Program-made: the position numbers and the translations under genes
Notes under the pieces: model-generated
What the model was told of the DNA's origin: nothing
The model's input: only the letters and a program-made list of their open reading frames with translations
Databases searched by the model: none
Assembly (NCBI RefSeq): GCF_009914755.1
Contig: NC_060926.1
Reading direction: 5' to 3' (one strand)
Source of the DNA: the human T2T-CHM13v2.0 reference genome, Homo sapiens
DNA length: 64,000 nucleotides
Shown: positions 24,631-38,448 of the stretch, in pieces
How the letters are laid out: each line of letters begins with the position of its first letter
Position numbering within the stretch: the first letter of the stretch is position 1

Positions 24631-26735
24631 ACAGGAGAACTATGGAGCAGTGGATGCTGGGACCGCTGTCATAGAGGGAATGCGTGGAGCAGGCACTGCC
24701 CGGCTGGACCACGGGAGAGGCAGATGGGCAGGAGTCCAGTGAAGAGGCTGGCACCCCAGTCTAGGTGAGAGACAGTGGAGGCATGGGTCTAAGTAGCGCC
24801 TGAGGAGGTGAGCAGAAGTGGTCACATTCTGGTCACATTTTAAAGGTAAAACTTTTGGATTTGCTGATAGACCATACATGAGTGTGACAGAAAAACAGGC
24901 CTCAAGGATAACTCTAAAACTTTTGGCCCAAACAACTGGAAAGATACAGTTGTCACGAACCGAGAAGGGGAAGATTAAAGATTAAAGAAGTATGGGACTG
25001 GGGGGTGCCAGGAGTACAGTCATGGATTATGGAGTTGGAGTTGCCTTTTCATGGAGATGCCAGATAGCCAAATGGATAGTTACTGGGGACAGTAAGAGCA
25101 GACAAAGGGCCATGAAACTTAGCCTGGGAGACCAGGTAACTTCCAGGAGGAACAGACACCTGGGCTGGGACTTTGAATGATCAGCAGGAGTTTCCCTGGA
25201 TAAAGAGGATGCTCCAAGCAGGGAAGTAAGCAGTGTGAGCAGAGGACGTGCTAAAATACATGGCGTCCCAGCCTCCAGGCCACTTTGATGGACAAGCACT
25301 GTGTACCCAGGATGTGAGGGCCAGAGCTGATGCCGGCAGGCCACGTGGAGGCTGGGGGTCTGTCTCACAGCAAGGAGGAGCCCTTAGAGGTCTCAGAACA
25401 GGCTGAATTCTTCCATCTCTTCTGGAAAGATGACCGCTTTGATCCAGCCCCCACTTCTGAACCAACATCTGCTCACACACCTTTTCATTTTGTTTTGTTT
25501 CCCTCTCTCTCCAAATGGACTACATGCTCCTTGGAAGGAAGGTGCCAAGAAGCTTTAGGGAGTTTGGGAAATCACAGCTACACCCCTTGAGAGGTCTCAG
25601 GGATGGAACCCTGTTCTATAGGTAGTTGAGCAGAGCCCAGCTCTCTGGATGGAAAGGTGTCCCAGGATAACATGAGACAGTGCATGAGTGCCTGGCACCT
25701 GGAGGTGCCCAAGAAACCGCCCTGAGTGAGGCCTTTTCTGGTCACCCTCCAACAGATTGGGCAGAGGTGTGGGTGAGAGCAGGGAGTGTGGCAGGGCCAG
25801 GATCACCCTCTGCCTGCCACTGTCCACGCAACATGGGGACACCCACCACCCTCCCAATGCTGTTCCAGGGAAGTCAGACCATGAGCACGGTCGCACCACA
25901 GTAAAAGCGGCACCTGCATCTGGATCAGGGTGCCCTGCCCAGTTGCAGGGCCTGGCCACAGCCACCGGGCCATTTGGCCTCCCCATGTGAGGGAGGGCCC
26001 CAGCTGTGTTGGGAGGAAGAAAGCTGGTGCCAGGACAGGGGAGAGGTCCAAGCCTCGGCCCCCAGGGCCTTCTTGGGGGTGACCCTGGCCAGCTTCCCAC
26101 TGCAGTGAAGGTCGATTGGTTGTCACAGGGGCAGCTGGGGTGCCCACAACCTTGCCCCTACACTGGGGAGCCAGCCGTCCAGGCAGGAGAAGCACCATGA
26201 CAGGCAGGCCCTGACAGTACCCCTGTAGGAGACAGGGGTGAGGCCAAGAGTAGCAGCTGTGCAGGACCAGCCTGGCTTGGCCTCACCTCCTAGCGATGTG
26301 GCCTCTGAGCTGAACCCTGAAGGCTAAGCAAGCACAGCTCCCTAGCCAAGGTGCAGCTCACCTTGTGTCCATCACACCCCACCCCAGGAACCCCTTCAGA
26401 CATGGTCCTCCTGGTCGCCAGCACATTGCATTTGAATAGGACAGTTGTATTGTACATCTACCTGTGTGCTGTACCCATGTGCCTATGCTTTATTTATGAA
26501 AAGATTAAGAGGCTTTCCAGCCCCAACACCCACCATCACCGTGGGGCTGCCTGCTGTGCAGCCATGAGAGGCAGCAGGTGTGAGTTCCAGTCACCCTGGA
26601 GCCCCAGGCCTTGAAGGACCAAAGGGCTGGATTCCTGGCCTCATGGGGCCACACCAAGGGGTCGAGATTGTCCTTTGCCCCAGGGAGTTGGATTTTGAGA
26701 GGCAAAGGATGGCTAGAAACTGAGGGCACCTGAGC

Positions 26736-26909
26736 CTGAGCAGCTGGGAGAGCATTGTGGACATCCCGGCCTGTGGCTGAGCTCTGGGAGAGCAGGAGAT
26801 CATGGACAGCCAGACCTGTGGCTGAGCTCTGGGAGAGCAGGAGATCATGGACAGCCAGACCTGTGGCTGAGCTCTGGGAGAGCAGGACGTCGTGGACAAC
26901 CCAACCTGT
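26736..26909 (+). repeat. 45-bp VNTR, 3 full units plus partial flanking units
   Basis: Unit 'ggacagccagacctgtggctgagctctgggagagcaggagatcat' starting at 26759, 26804 and 26849. Confidence 0.95.
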
Positions 26910-28451
26910 CACGAGCCTGCCACACCAGCTGCCACCCGCCCTGGGTCAGGATGAGGGCGCCAGGAGCCAGATGCTCAGAATTGAGCATGACCCTCATGGA
27001 TGGCAGGGATGAGGTTTAGTCCCAGAGTCCAAATCCTGAACCCTGTGAAGCCTCCTGGGTCACAGAACAGGCTGCAGCTTCCCAGAGCACACCCTTGGGG
27101 GCAGGCAGTAAACAAATACATCACATGACGCTCAGGACGTGGGTCTGAACTGCTGTGGAGAGACTGAGAGTGCCGGCCAGCAGGACCAGGGTGCCCCACA
27201 GGTTTCCAGGACCAGAGAGGGCTGGAGCTGCCACCAAGGTGCTGGTGGATGTCCAGGGCCCAGCCAGAATTCAGGAGGGACACAGCAGGGGCAGAAGTGG
27301 ATAGGGCCACAGAGGCAGAGGATGATGGGTTCTGAGGGAAGAGGCCTGTGGCTCAGACACTGTGGTGAGGCCGAAGGGGCAGCCCATGAGTGTGATCAGG
27401 CATTGCCCACAAGGCATTCACAGCATGCAGAACCTCGTGGGAGCCACAAGGTGTGGGAGGAAAGTCCGGGGCCTCCAGCAGCTCGGGGAGACAGCAGGCC
27501 TCAGTAGCACCATCCTTGCACTGATGGGCTCAGTGAGTAAGCTCAGCAGGAGCTTCCCTCCTCCTCTTGTCACCTGCGGCCTTCCCTTCACCACAGCCCA
27601 GATCTCAGTGTGTCTGGAAAGATCTCGAATCTCAGGGTGGCCTGATCCACACGTGTGTGGGGGAGGGCTTTCACTGAGGTTGGCAATGACTGGCTGATTT
27701 CTTGAGAGTTAGTGTGGGTGAGTGTGCGTGTGCATGTACATGAGCATGTGAACGCCAGAGCCAGTGTGCAGAGTGTTTTCTCTTGCCCACTGAGGGATTG
27801 AGGCCGTCCTTCAGTCTGCACCACCCTCCAAAGGCAGGAGCAGCTCCCGAAACTGGAGAAACATCGCTCCTGGGTGAGCCCATGGGGGACTCATGGAGGA
27901 GGAGGATGGGCGGCAGAGAGAGGCTTCCCCAGGTGCTGGGGTGAGGCCTTGCCCCTGACGCCCCCTCAGAAGCCCGTGTCCTTCCCTACAATCCCTCTAA
28001 ATGGTGGGAGCTGCCGATTCCTGAACAGCAGAGATGTGCAGAAGCCACAGCGGCACTCGCCCCATCTCCTCCGTGACCCCTGTGGGAGGACCCATTACCC
28101 ACAGGAGGGAACTGAGCCCGGGCAGGGATCAAATTTTCTGTTTAGCTGCGGCTTCCTTCTTCTGCATTCGGTGCAAGGAGACATAAACTAAATATAGGTG
28201 TTGGGGAAAAAAAGGCAACGGGAAAATGAGAGCAAAAGAGTGTGAGGGAGGCCAGAGTTCACAAGAGAACATTCGATCTTGCTGAGCAGGGACCGCCAGC
28301 TGCAGGCCAGGCAGTGGGGCGGCCTGCACGCCTTCACCCACAGTGCCCATCAGGGGAAGCAGTGCTGTGGAGGTGGTGCACTCCTGCTGTGAGGAGACGC
28401 CTGGGCTGCAGGAAACACCTCCCTCACTCCCTGTGTCCTCCCTGCACACAG

Positions 28452-28470
28452 ATCCTAGGAGATGCTCCAG
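28452..28470 (+). other. Candidate 19-nt micro-exon
   Basis: 'ccctcactccctgtgtcctccctgcacacag|ATCCTAGGAGATGCTCCAG|gtaagc' has a branch-like ctcac, a pyrimidine tract and a near-consensus donor. Confidence 0.3.
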
Positions 28471-28994
28471 GTAAGCCCAGAGTCTGGGGAAAACCTGGGA
28501 GCGGCCAGCAGTTTTGGGGGTGGGACAGAAGGTGAAGCCCGTAGCATGCCGCACGTTTGGTCTGATGGCTGGCCCCACAGTACAGCAGTGAGGAGGTCTC
28601 CTTCCACTGGGGAACATCACATGAGCTCCCAAATGAATCAAATCCAAGTGGAGCTCCCAGCTCTGGTACCTCTAAGGCAAACGGAGACTTTACCGCAGAA
28701 ACTCGGCTTAGCACCACTAGTGCGGAACAGTAGTTTCCACCCTGATGTCTTCCAGAGGCTCAGTAAATGGCCATTTCCATCCACACCTCCCATTAAAAAG
28801 AGGCAGGCTTCCACGGGGGGGTGCTACATGGGAGCTGAGGGAAGACCTGCACCGGTCAGAAATCTTGTCTGCGCTGTCTACACTAGTCCCATAAAAGGTC
28901 ATGGAGCAGGGGAGAGGTGTCCTTGGGGCATCTTCAGGTCCTCTGGGTTCATCTCGCTCACCTCCTCCTCTTTCCTGAAACTGCAGATTCAGTT

Positions 28995-29140
28995 CACTCA
29001 TTCTTTCATTCATTCATTCATCCATTCATTCATCCAACAAAGATTTAGGGGCAGCTACTCTACCTGGGGCTGGGGCATGGCAATGAGCAAGGCTGGGTTC
29101 CCACACACCATGAGGTCAGGTCTGGTGGGAGAGCCGGGCA
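28995..29140 (-). mobile_element. L2 3' end with (ATTC)n tail
   Basis: 'cattcattcatccattcattcatccaacaaagattta'. Confidence 0.6.
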
Positions 29141-30099
29141 AGCAACCACCCACAGTGCATTTACACAGTCACCATGGCCACAGTAAAACACTGCCCCACA
29201 GTCCTGGGAATGATATCCCAGCCAAGGACCGAGGAATGTGAGGAGTTGGCCAGGTGGAGGCAAGAGGAAGTGCCCAGTGATGGGAGTGGAGCCTGCAAGG
29301 GCCTCAAGGGAGGATACTGGGTGACTGGGGCCACCCGGGGTCTCAACATGAAGTGGCACCTTCTGTAACTGGAAATCGCAAGCTCGCCTTTGCCGCAAGG
29401 CTAGCAGCACGTGGAGCTGCCTGAGCAGTCCTCCCTGGGTGTGCAGCTTGCAGGGGCCTCTCGCCCGGCTGACCTGCAAAGAATTGTTTTGAGACCTCCC
29501 TCGCAGTGTTCACATTTTCACATTTTCTATCTTTTTTAAAAAATGTAAAAAGAGTTGCAGATCCTCCTGTAGTAGCACCCTGTCAAATTCTTTTCCCATC
29601 TTGTCCCTCACTTCACCTCCCATTCCTTCCACCTTGTGAACTCCGGCCCCTCTGGTTCCAGACGATTCCAGGTCTCCATCAACAAGTTTGCATGAAGACA
29701 AGAAAAGGAAAAGCACTCGTCTCTGTGCACAGCCCTCAGCGGTACACAGAACATGTTTCCCCAGAGGAGCCCAGTACGATGCCAACGTTAATTTACAGCC
29801 TGCAGATCCCTCATCACAATTGTAGTTACATCATTATTGGTGCCATTTGGGGGGTAAGTTTTCAAAGATTCTGTTTTGGTGGTTTGTGCACATTGAGTGC
29901 AGAGATGAGTTTATATTCCACAATATACAGACTATGCCCTGTCTACTTCTATATTAAAATTTATAGATCTATTGATGTCAACATAGGTATAAGTACAAAT
30001 GACACAGAGATAGAGACATACAGCTCACTCCCTCATTGCTTATTCCCATCCTCATTTCCTAGATGCACACGGGAGCCAACTCCACCGTATTTGATACAT

Positions 30100-30900
30100 T
30101 GAATATGCACGTCCTTAAATATGCACATCTCTTTGTAAAAGATGTAGTGGTGTTTGGTAGATATACATATGCCATAAATTATGTGAGTTACATCAGATGT
30201 TAAATCTCATTCTGTTTCTTCTTCGTTTTCACTTGACCATAAGTTTTCAAGATGTACCGTGTTGCTCTAGCTACAGCTAGATTATTGCTTCTCAGTGCTG
30301 CCTCGTGTTATTCCACAGTTTGTTTCCACCTTATTTTATTTCCAGCTCTCTGTAGTGGACACCAAGTTCCCACACCTCATTGTATCATAAACAGACAGGC
30401 AATCCCCTGCAAGTATCTCCTGATGGATCTGGATCAGGGTTCCTCCAAGACGCTTAGGAGGAGTTGGGCAGCTGGTACCAGGCCAACCCACACACTGCAC
30501 TGGGCCGAGTCCTCTGGGGTGGCTGCAGCAGTCCACACCCCAAGGCTCCCGTTAGCCCACAGCCTTCTCAATATGTGAACCCATCCCTGGTCTGATTGTT
30601 GCTATTCTGTTGCATGTAAAGCACTGTCTTGTTTTAATTTTAACTTGCATTGTGAACATGTTTTCATGGATTTTTTAGTCATTTGGGCTTCCATTTCTGT
30701 GAATTGTTATTCATTACCTTTATTCATTTTCCTATTGCAGCGGTCTCTCTTTTCCTTGTATTTTGAAGGAATTCTTACTGGCTTTGCCTACTCCTATTGG
30801 TTTTCCCTACTGTAACCCTCACTGAACAGAAATCCCTAATTTAAGGTAATCTAATGTCCACCTTTACACTTTAAGTTATGATTTGACAACTTTGTTCAAG
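30100..30900 (-). mobile_element. L1ME-like fragment
   Basis: Degenerate antisense L1 3' motifs, e.g. 'tcttgttttaattttaacttgcattgtgaacatgttttcatgg'. Confidence 0.55.
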
Positions 30901-30939
30901 TAATTATTTGCTTAATCTCTGCCATCCCCAGTAGACTCC

Positions 30940-31088
30940 AAGGCTAGGAACCATGGCAGTCTTGTACCACTCAGTATCCAGAAGAGCATTTATTCATTCA
31001 TGAATAAATATTTGGGGAAATGAATGAGACCAGCACCTGGCACATTGTACACACTCAGTAAAGGGAAGTTCCTATTTTGAATGAATGA
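30940..31088 (+). mobile_element. L2 3' end fragment(s)
   Basis: 'cagcacctggcacattgtacacactcagtaaa...tgaatgaatga'. Confidence 0.55.
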
Positions 31089-31353
31089 GATTTTCTCAGG
31101 GGAAAGCTCTAAATAAATGTAATGAAACAATCTTCTGCAGAGAGAAACACAAAATCAAAACCAAGAAAACTGAAGCTAAAACGGTAAGCAGGAAGGACCT
31201 CCTGGATTTCAGAAAAGGTTTGAATGTTTTCATCGAGCACAGAAAGCCTTTGTGATGCATGGATCCAGATCTCTCTCTGACTCAGGAATGACATTGCCAC
31301 TGCAGGGTCTTTGTTTGTTTTGGCTTTAAAATAGAGATGTGACAGTTATGCAT

Positions 31354-31395
31354 GGATGATGCAGAAGTCAGGATGATGCAGAAGTCAGGATGATG
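31354..31395 (+). repeat. 17-bp tandem repeat (ggatgatgcagaagtca), about 2.5 copies
   Basis: Directly visible, with perfect units. Confidence 0.9.
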
Positions 31396-32794
31396 TGCCA
31401 GGTTTGAGTGACTCACATGCAATACAGTGAGACTCTCTTCCTGGAATCCCTCTACAATATGTGACTAGCTCCTCTAATTCCAGAACCATGTTCCATGAGC
31501 ACACCATTGCCTTCTCTGGATTCTTTGGGAGTCATCTGTGAGATCTTAATCATTACAATTGGATTGTCTTACTATCTAAAGTTTTATAGAAGGAAAAATA
31601 AATCACATATTTAGCAGAGTTTCAGGAAGGGTCACCCACCCCCATTCTTTCCCCTACTATTGGGAAACTGCCTGATGCCAGAGAGCAGCACAGACGTGGG
31701 ACACAGATCAGGCCCTCATGAGCCAGTGAAGATCAAAGGACATCTCGGGAGGATCAACTTCCAGCGTGAGGGGCTCCACTGAGCTGGTCCCCAGGAAAAA
31801 TGGTGAAAATTGGTTTAAAATACACAATCAGTAAAGATTTCCAAAAACAGTAGCAAAAAGCAAATGAAGAGACATCTATTCAAGAAAATGTATAAAACAT
31901 AGGTGAGAAAGGCACATATCTAGGCATATACTCAGGAGAGTCTATGATGTTAGAACCAGGACAGCTCCTTTCCTCCTCGCTCTCAGCTAGGTAAGGCAGA
32001 GACTCCACTCCACACTGCCTCAGCCAACAACACAGGGCTCCCTCTCCCCTCTGTTTCCAGTCAGAGAGCTTTCTTCCTGCGAGGAGTTGGATGTCAGCAT
32101 TTCTCATCCTGCCCCCGCCACCTGCTGCTGAGGCTAAGTGCTGGGTGAATGCAATCGAAAAGTGGAGACTCCACTCTTCCTTCCAGCTTCCACTCAGGAG
32201 TTGAGGCTCTACCTTGGGCACAGTGCACTGAAAGTACTGCAGCCTGATAGCAACTCTTCCAACTCGGGAGGTGATGGTTCCACACCAGGAGAGGACCCCA
32301 GGATACCGCCCCCCACCCTGCCAAGCATTCAGTTACTGGAATGGGGGTATCCCTCAGAAAGAAGCTTGTCATTGTCCCCACCCCCAGCTCCAGAGCCCTG
32401 GCTCAGAGATTTTTGCCTGGAGGCCTGGGGGAGGGGAGAAGTTAGAGAAGAAGCAGGTCTGAAACAGATAACTCCTATGTCTTCCCAAAGGAATTAATTT
32501 CATTTATAACAGAGTGTGCAGAAGTTCAAGTTCAAGAGCACTCTTAAGAATGGTGGAGGTTGTGGTGAAAGCAGTTGGGAAGAGATTCATGGATTTAATG
32601 AAGACACAGCCTAGACTGTAGGCTGGCTGGCTTGTAGGAGAGAACTGGTGAATAAGACAGCTGGACAGGAGCCCTCCTAGGGTCAGAACAAATATCAAAC
32701 ACAAATCTCAGACTATTTCTGAAAAGGAGCCATGATTTCACTGGTTTAAGCTGAAGAGCAATTTATGCCCTTAGAACATTATTGAAAGGAAGCA

Positions 32795-33562
32795 TTATGC
32801 AAATAACCAATAAGTACATGAAAAGATGCTTGACATCATTAGTCATCAGGAAATTGCAAATACAGATCACAATGAAATACTACTGCACACCCACCAGGAT
32901 GGCCATAATAACATAGTCAGATAATAACAGGTGTTGGCAGGGATGCGAAGAAATTTGAAGCCTCATACACTGCTAATGGGAATTTAAAATGATGCAGACA
33001 CTTTGAAATACAGTGTGGAAGTTCCTTAAACAATTAAATGCAGATTTACCATATGACCCAGCAATCCTACTCCTAGGCATATACCCAGGAGAAATGAAAA
33101 CATATGTCCACACAAAAACTTGTATGTGAACGTTCATAGCAACATTGTTCATAATAGACAAAAGGTGGGAAAAACCCAAATACCCATCAATTGACAAACG
33201 AAGTGTGGTATAGCCATACCATTCCATAAAAAGCAATGTAGTACTGATACGTGCTACATCATGGATGAAACTTGAAAACATGCTAAGTGAAAAAAACAGG
33301 CACAAAAGACCACATATTATATAATTGCATTTAAATGAAATGCCCAGAATAGGGAAATCTATAGAGACAGAAAGTAGACTAGAGATTGCTTAGGACTGGG
33401 GGAGGCATATGGAGAGATAGGAAGATGAGCTAAAAGTTCTTTCTGGGGTGATGAAAATGTTTTAAAATCGGCTGCAGTGATAGTTATGCTAAAAACCGTT
33501 AACTTGCAGACTAAATAGTTAAACTTTATAGTATGTGAGTTATATCTTAATAAAGCTGCTTT
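32795..33562 (+). mobile_element. L1MB7/8-like 3' end
   Basis: 'catatgacccagcaatcctactcctaggcatatacccaggagaaatgaaaacatatgtccacacaaaaacttgta...atatcttaataaagctg'. Confidence 0.85.
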
Positions 33563-34966
33563 CAGAAGTCTTAAGCTGTTTCCATGAGTAGACATATAGA
33601 ACAGTCTCATTTTTATGATGACTTCATAGCATTCCACAGCACAGATGTGCCATGATTTTGTCTTAACCACTACCCTAATGACGGATACTCATGCTGTTTC
33701 TGATTTTGCACTATTACTGACAATGAAGTAAAGAACGCCTTGGCAGTACTTCCTTGTGTTCATATGTAGACATTTAGTGGGCTGTTTTCCTAGATCTTTT
33801 AGCCCACAGAAGACTAGAGTTATTGCTAAAGATTTTAAAAGTTAAATAAATAATTGTCTTCTGAGAGCAACATGACAGGGTTTTGTCTGCTACGGCAATC
33901 CTGGCTCAAGCCTTCTGTGATCGGTTATCAACATTTATTCATTTGGCTATTCCTGTCATCTTTAATTTGTCAGATTTATTAACGATCAACTTTAGCCAGG
34001 CCCTCGACTGCATGCTGACGATCTAGGCAGGATCTCAGGCTGGGGCAGGGTAGCGGGGTGTGGGTAGGGGTGGTGAACAGGTGACTGCAACACTCTCTGG
34101 TGAACACCAAGCACTCAACCCAGCTTCCTGAGGGTGCTCTGTCCTCCAGAATGGCTGGCTAGCCAGGCTCACACCAAGCCCTTGGCCACCACCATGCCCC
34201 ACAGACAGACAGATCTAGTCTTCCCATATATAAGAGTTATAAGAGTAATCGTGGCAACATATGCTTAATAACATGAAAATACACACTACATGCACACACA
34301 CACACACACACACGAAAAAAGTCTAGGAGCACACAAATGCCCATCACAAATAGAAGGATGGGCAACTGTGGCATGAGCATCTGAAGGAACAGCAAGGGAG
34401 CAGCACAAAGCTGCAGCTTGGAGTGTGAGGGTTCGCTTGTGTTCATGTGAAATCGCTCCACATGAACACACAGGGCACGGCAGCACCCCTAGAAAGGGGC
34501 CCAGATGACGAACAGGATGGGAGAGACTCACTGTTCAGCATACCCTCTGCATCTTTTGGATTTTGTAGCATGTGCATATTTAAAGGAGTAACAAGATTAC
34601 TCCTTCAGGGGCTCCCGTTGCCTCCACAGTGAAATCACACTTTCAATACATGATGAGACTGCGTCTTCACCTTCTCCCAGCGCATCCTTATTTCACTTCT
34701 TCCTTCTTCCTGGGCACCCCTCCAGCTGCAACTCCTGGGTGGAGCATGCCTTTCCCTCATTTGCATCTGCCTCTTTGCCTTGGAGGTACCCTCAGGCCAC
34801 TTGGAGAAACCTCCTCTGGCCCCTTGACTACTCTGGGGTCCCCTCGACTACTCTGGGGGACCCTCTGAGCTCAGAATTCCCCTAGATTCTAGGAGTACCC
34901 CTCATCCAAACTGGCAGTGGGGCCACCAGACCCCAACTTCCTGGTTCAGGGCTTGCAACATGGTAA

Positions 34967-35788
<822 letters not shown>

Positions 35789-35814
35789 GGCACCATTTGT
35801 CAATGTGTGCACAA

Positions 35815-35985
35815 GACGGAGGGGGAGAGAGAGGCAGAGGGAGAGTGAGGGAGAGAGAAAAGAATGAGTGAGAGAGCAAATGAGACACGGAGTGAGACGG
35901 TGAGAGAATGAGAGAGAGTGGGAGATGGAGTGAGTGGGAGTGAGACGGGGAGAGAGATGGAGAGAGTGAGACAGTGAGGGAGACA
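35815..35985 (+). repeat. GA-rich low-complexity tract
   Basis: Directly visible. Confidence 0.85.
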
Positions 35986-37164
35986 GCAAGTCGCCAGTCT
36001 CAGGCCCAGTTCCGCTGCTTCCTCCTAACCTGCTGAAAGCCCCACCGGCACCACAGAGAGGCGAGCTGACCTGCCCCAAGTCTCCAGCTTGTAAGAGGGG
36101 CCTGGGACTCAGACCGGATTCCAAACCCCAGCCTCCTTCAGCTTCCCCACCCTGCATTCCAGAAGGTTTCTCAACCCCATGCAAGAAGGAGATTATCGCC
36201 TACTAAGAAGCTTCCTGGGCTCCCTGGGGCCTCCTCAGCCTCCATCCACCTGTCAATCCTCCCTCAGGCTATCTCTGCACGTTTTTCACCATTTGGACTG
36301 ACAGAGGTTTAGAACATTTTTGCTTTGATTATGTCCATTATTTAAAGATTCTCCCTGGAGTTTTGTAGCTAAAGACACCAAAAGGTGAAAAAGAAATTCA
36401 CTAACCAAGTTCTATAATATGGTGCTTTATTCCAAAAATGATAGTGAGATATTTTAGTCGTTACCACTTACCATGACTTTCTTGTGGTGTTTTCCAACTT
36501 CTGGCATTTCAGCTACAAATAAAATAAAATAAAATAAAATATTACGAATCCTCAGTTCTGTTCCTTGGAAACACGGGCCCCCGGATGGAGCCTAAGTCAC
36601 AATCCCTACCCTTATGCCTTCTATGATCTGGGAGGGAAACCAGAATAAATATGCTAGGATGCAGTAAATGAGATCAGAGAAATACCTCATCCATACGGGA
36701 ATGTAAAGGCACAGCCACCTTGGCCCAGTGCGGGACAGCCCAACTGCCACTCCGGCATGGAGCTGCCTGTCCTCAGCCTGCCCCGGAGCTCAGCTCTGCC
36801 CTGCTCACTCCCACTTCCTTCTGATTTTCAGCACTCTAATGGCTTATACGACGCTGTGAGTTTAATTTGCATTTCTCTAATGACCAATGACGTTCAGCAC
36901 TTTGCATGTGTGTAACAGCCATCTGCATATCCTCTTTGGTGATGTGTCTGCTGAAATTTTTGGACTATTTTCTTACATCTTCATAATTGTTTATAGGGAC
37001 TATCTCCACTGTCCTTCCTTCATGCCTTCATCAAAATCAGTTGTTCACACGTATGTTCATCTCTTGATTTTCTACCCTATTCCGTTTATCTATTCATCTA
37101 TGTTTACTGTTTTATTACTACAGCTTATAATGTCTTTCCATTTTCATTCACTTTAAAATTCTTT

Positions 37165-37833
37165 TTTTTATTTTATTTTTTTTTTTTTAGTATTTATTGA
37201 TCATTCTTGGGTGTTTCTCGGAGAGGGGGATTTGGCGGGGTCATAGGACAATAGTGGAGGGAAGGTCAGCAGATAAACATGTGAACAAGGGTCTCTGGTT
37301 TTCCTAGGCAGAGGACCCTGCAGCCTTCCGCAGTGTTTGTGTCCCTGGGTACTTGAGATTAGGGAGTGGTGATGACTCTTAACGAGCATGATGCCTTCAA
37401 GCGTCTGTTTAACAAAGCACATCTTGCACCGTCGTTAATCCATCTAACCCTGAGTGGCCACAGCACATGTTTCAGAGAGCACGGGGTTGGGGGTAAGGTT
37501 ATAGATTAACAGCATCCCAAGGCAGAAGAATTTTTCTTAGTACAGAACAAAATGGAGTCTCCTATGTCTACCCCCCTCTACACTGACACAGCAACAATCT
37601 GATTTCTCTTTCTTTTCCCCACATTTCCCCCTTTTCTATTCGACAAAACCGCCATCGTCATCATGGCCCGTTCTCAATGAGCTGTTGGGTACACCTCCCA
37701 GACGGGGTGGTGGCTGGGCAGAGGGGCTCCTCACTTCCCAGACGGGGCGGCCGGTCAGAGGCACCCCCCACGTCCCGGACGGGGCGGCTGGCCGGGCGGG
37801 GGCTTCCCCCAACCTCCCTCCCGGACGGGGCAG
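37165..37833 (-). mobile_element. 5'-truncated SVA (SVA_A/B-like SINE-R plus short VNTR)
   Basis: Poly-T, antisense SINE-R ('tattgatcattcttgggtgtttctcggagagggggatttggc') and GC-rich VNTR, with 13-bp TSD 'tttaaaattcttt' at 37152-37164 and 37834-37846. Confidence 0.97.
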
Positions 37834-38184
37834 TTTAAAATTCTTTCTGATCTTCCTTTTGATTTGTTTTGACCCATGAATTATTTAGATGTGCATTATT
37901 TAATTTCCAAACACTTGGGGATTTTCCAGATATCTTTCTAATGCTGATTCCTAATTTAATTCCATTTTGGCCAGAGAACAGGCTCACTATGACAGAAATC
38001 CTTTCGCATTTACTAAAGCTTATTCTGTGGCCCAGAGAATACTTTATCTTGGTAAATGTTTCATGTGCACTTGAAAAAATGTGCATTCTTCTAAACATAG
38101 GAGGGTTCTATAAATGTGAGTTAGATCACATTTGGTTTCCAGTTTTGTTTCTGTATTCTTACTGATTTTCCATCTACTTATTTT

Positions 38185-38448
38185 CTCTGTGTGTCACCCA
38201 GGTTGGAGTGCAGTGGTGCAATCAAAGCTCCATAAGCTCAAACTCCTGGGCGCAAGTGATTATCCCTCCTCAGCCTTCCGAATAGCTGAAACAACAGGAA
38301 TGTGCCACCAGGAAATTTTTTTTTTTTTTTTAGAGACAATGTCTCACCATATTGCCCAGGCCGGTCTTGAACTCCTGGGCTTAAGCAAAATAGCCGCCTT
38401 GGCCTCCCAACACACTGGGATTACAGATGTGAGCCACTGCACCCGGCC
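38185..38448 (-). mobile_element. AluJ-like element
   Basis: Degenerate antisense Alu with the J-type motif 'gaactcctgggcttaagc'. Confidence 0.85.

Larger units (their letters stand above)
23625..25230 (-). mobile_element. L2 LINE fragments, split by a MER20B-like element
   Basis: 'caggtatttactgagcac...ggagcttatgttatagtgag' and 'gtggtcacattctggtcacattttaaaggtaaaacttttggatttgctgatagac' are antisense L2 motifs. Confidence 0.65.

Noticed and set aside
26355-26410. Minus-strand ATG...AAG|gtgagc mini-exon as a partner for the 23.3-kb exon
   Set aside because: It ends in phase 0, and splicing to 23300 gives TTT TGA immediately.
26736-26909. Regular repeats considered as a CRISPR-like array
   Set aside because: The units are head-to-tail with no unique spacers, in a primate genome. 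This is a minisatellite.
28462-29241. Longest ORF in the track (259 aa)
   Set aside because: It runs through a consensus splice donor and an L2 (ATTC)n tail (HSFIHSFIH), and has no recognisable domain. Most likely a chance ORF.
29361-29485. Minus-strand acceptor 'ttctttgcag|' followed by open frames
   Set aside because: The donor is poor (AAG|gtgcca), the peptides are unrecognised, and there is no frame link to the 23.3-kb candidate.
29506-30102. 198-aa ORF
   Set aside because: GTG start, no recognisable domain, and it drifts into degenerate repeat-like AT-rich sequence.
34821-34858. Small tandem duplications (also 42500-42630, 45761-45853 and 57466-57498)
   Set aside because: These are ordinary two-copy slippage duplications with no further structure.
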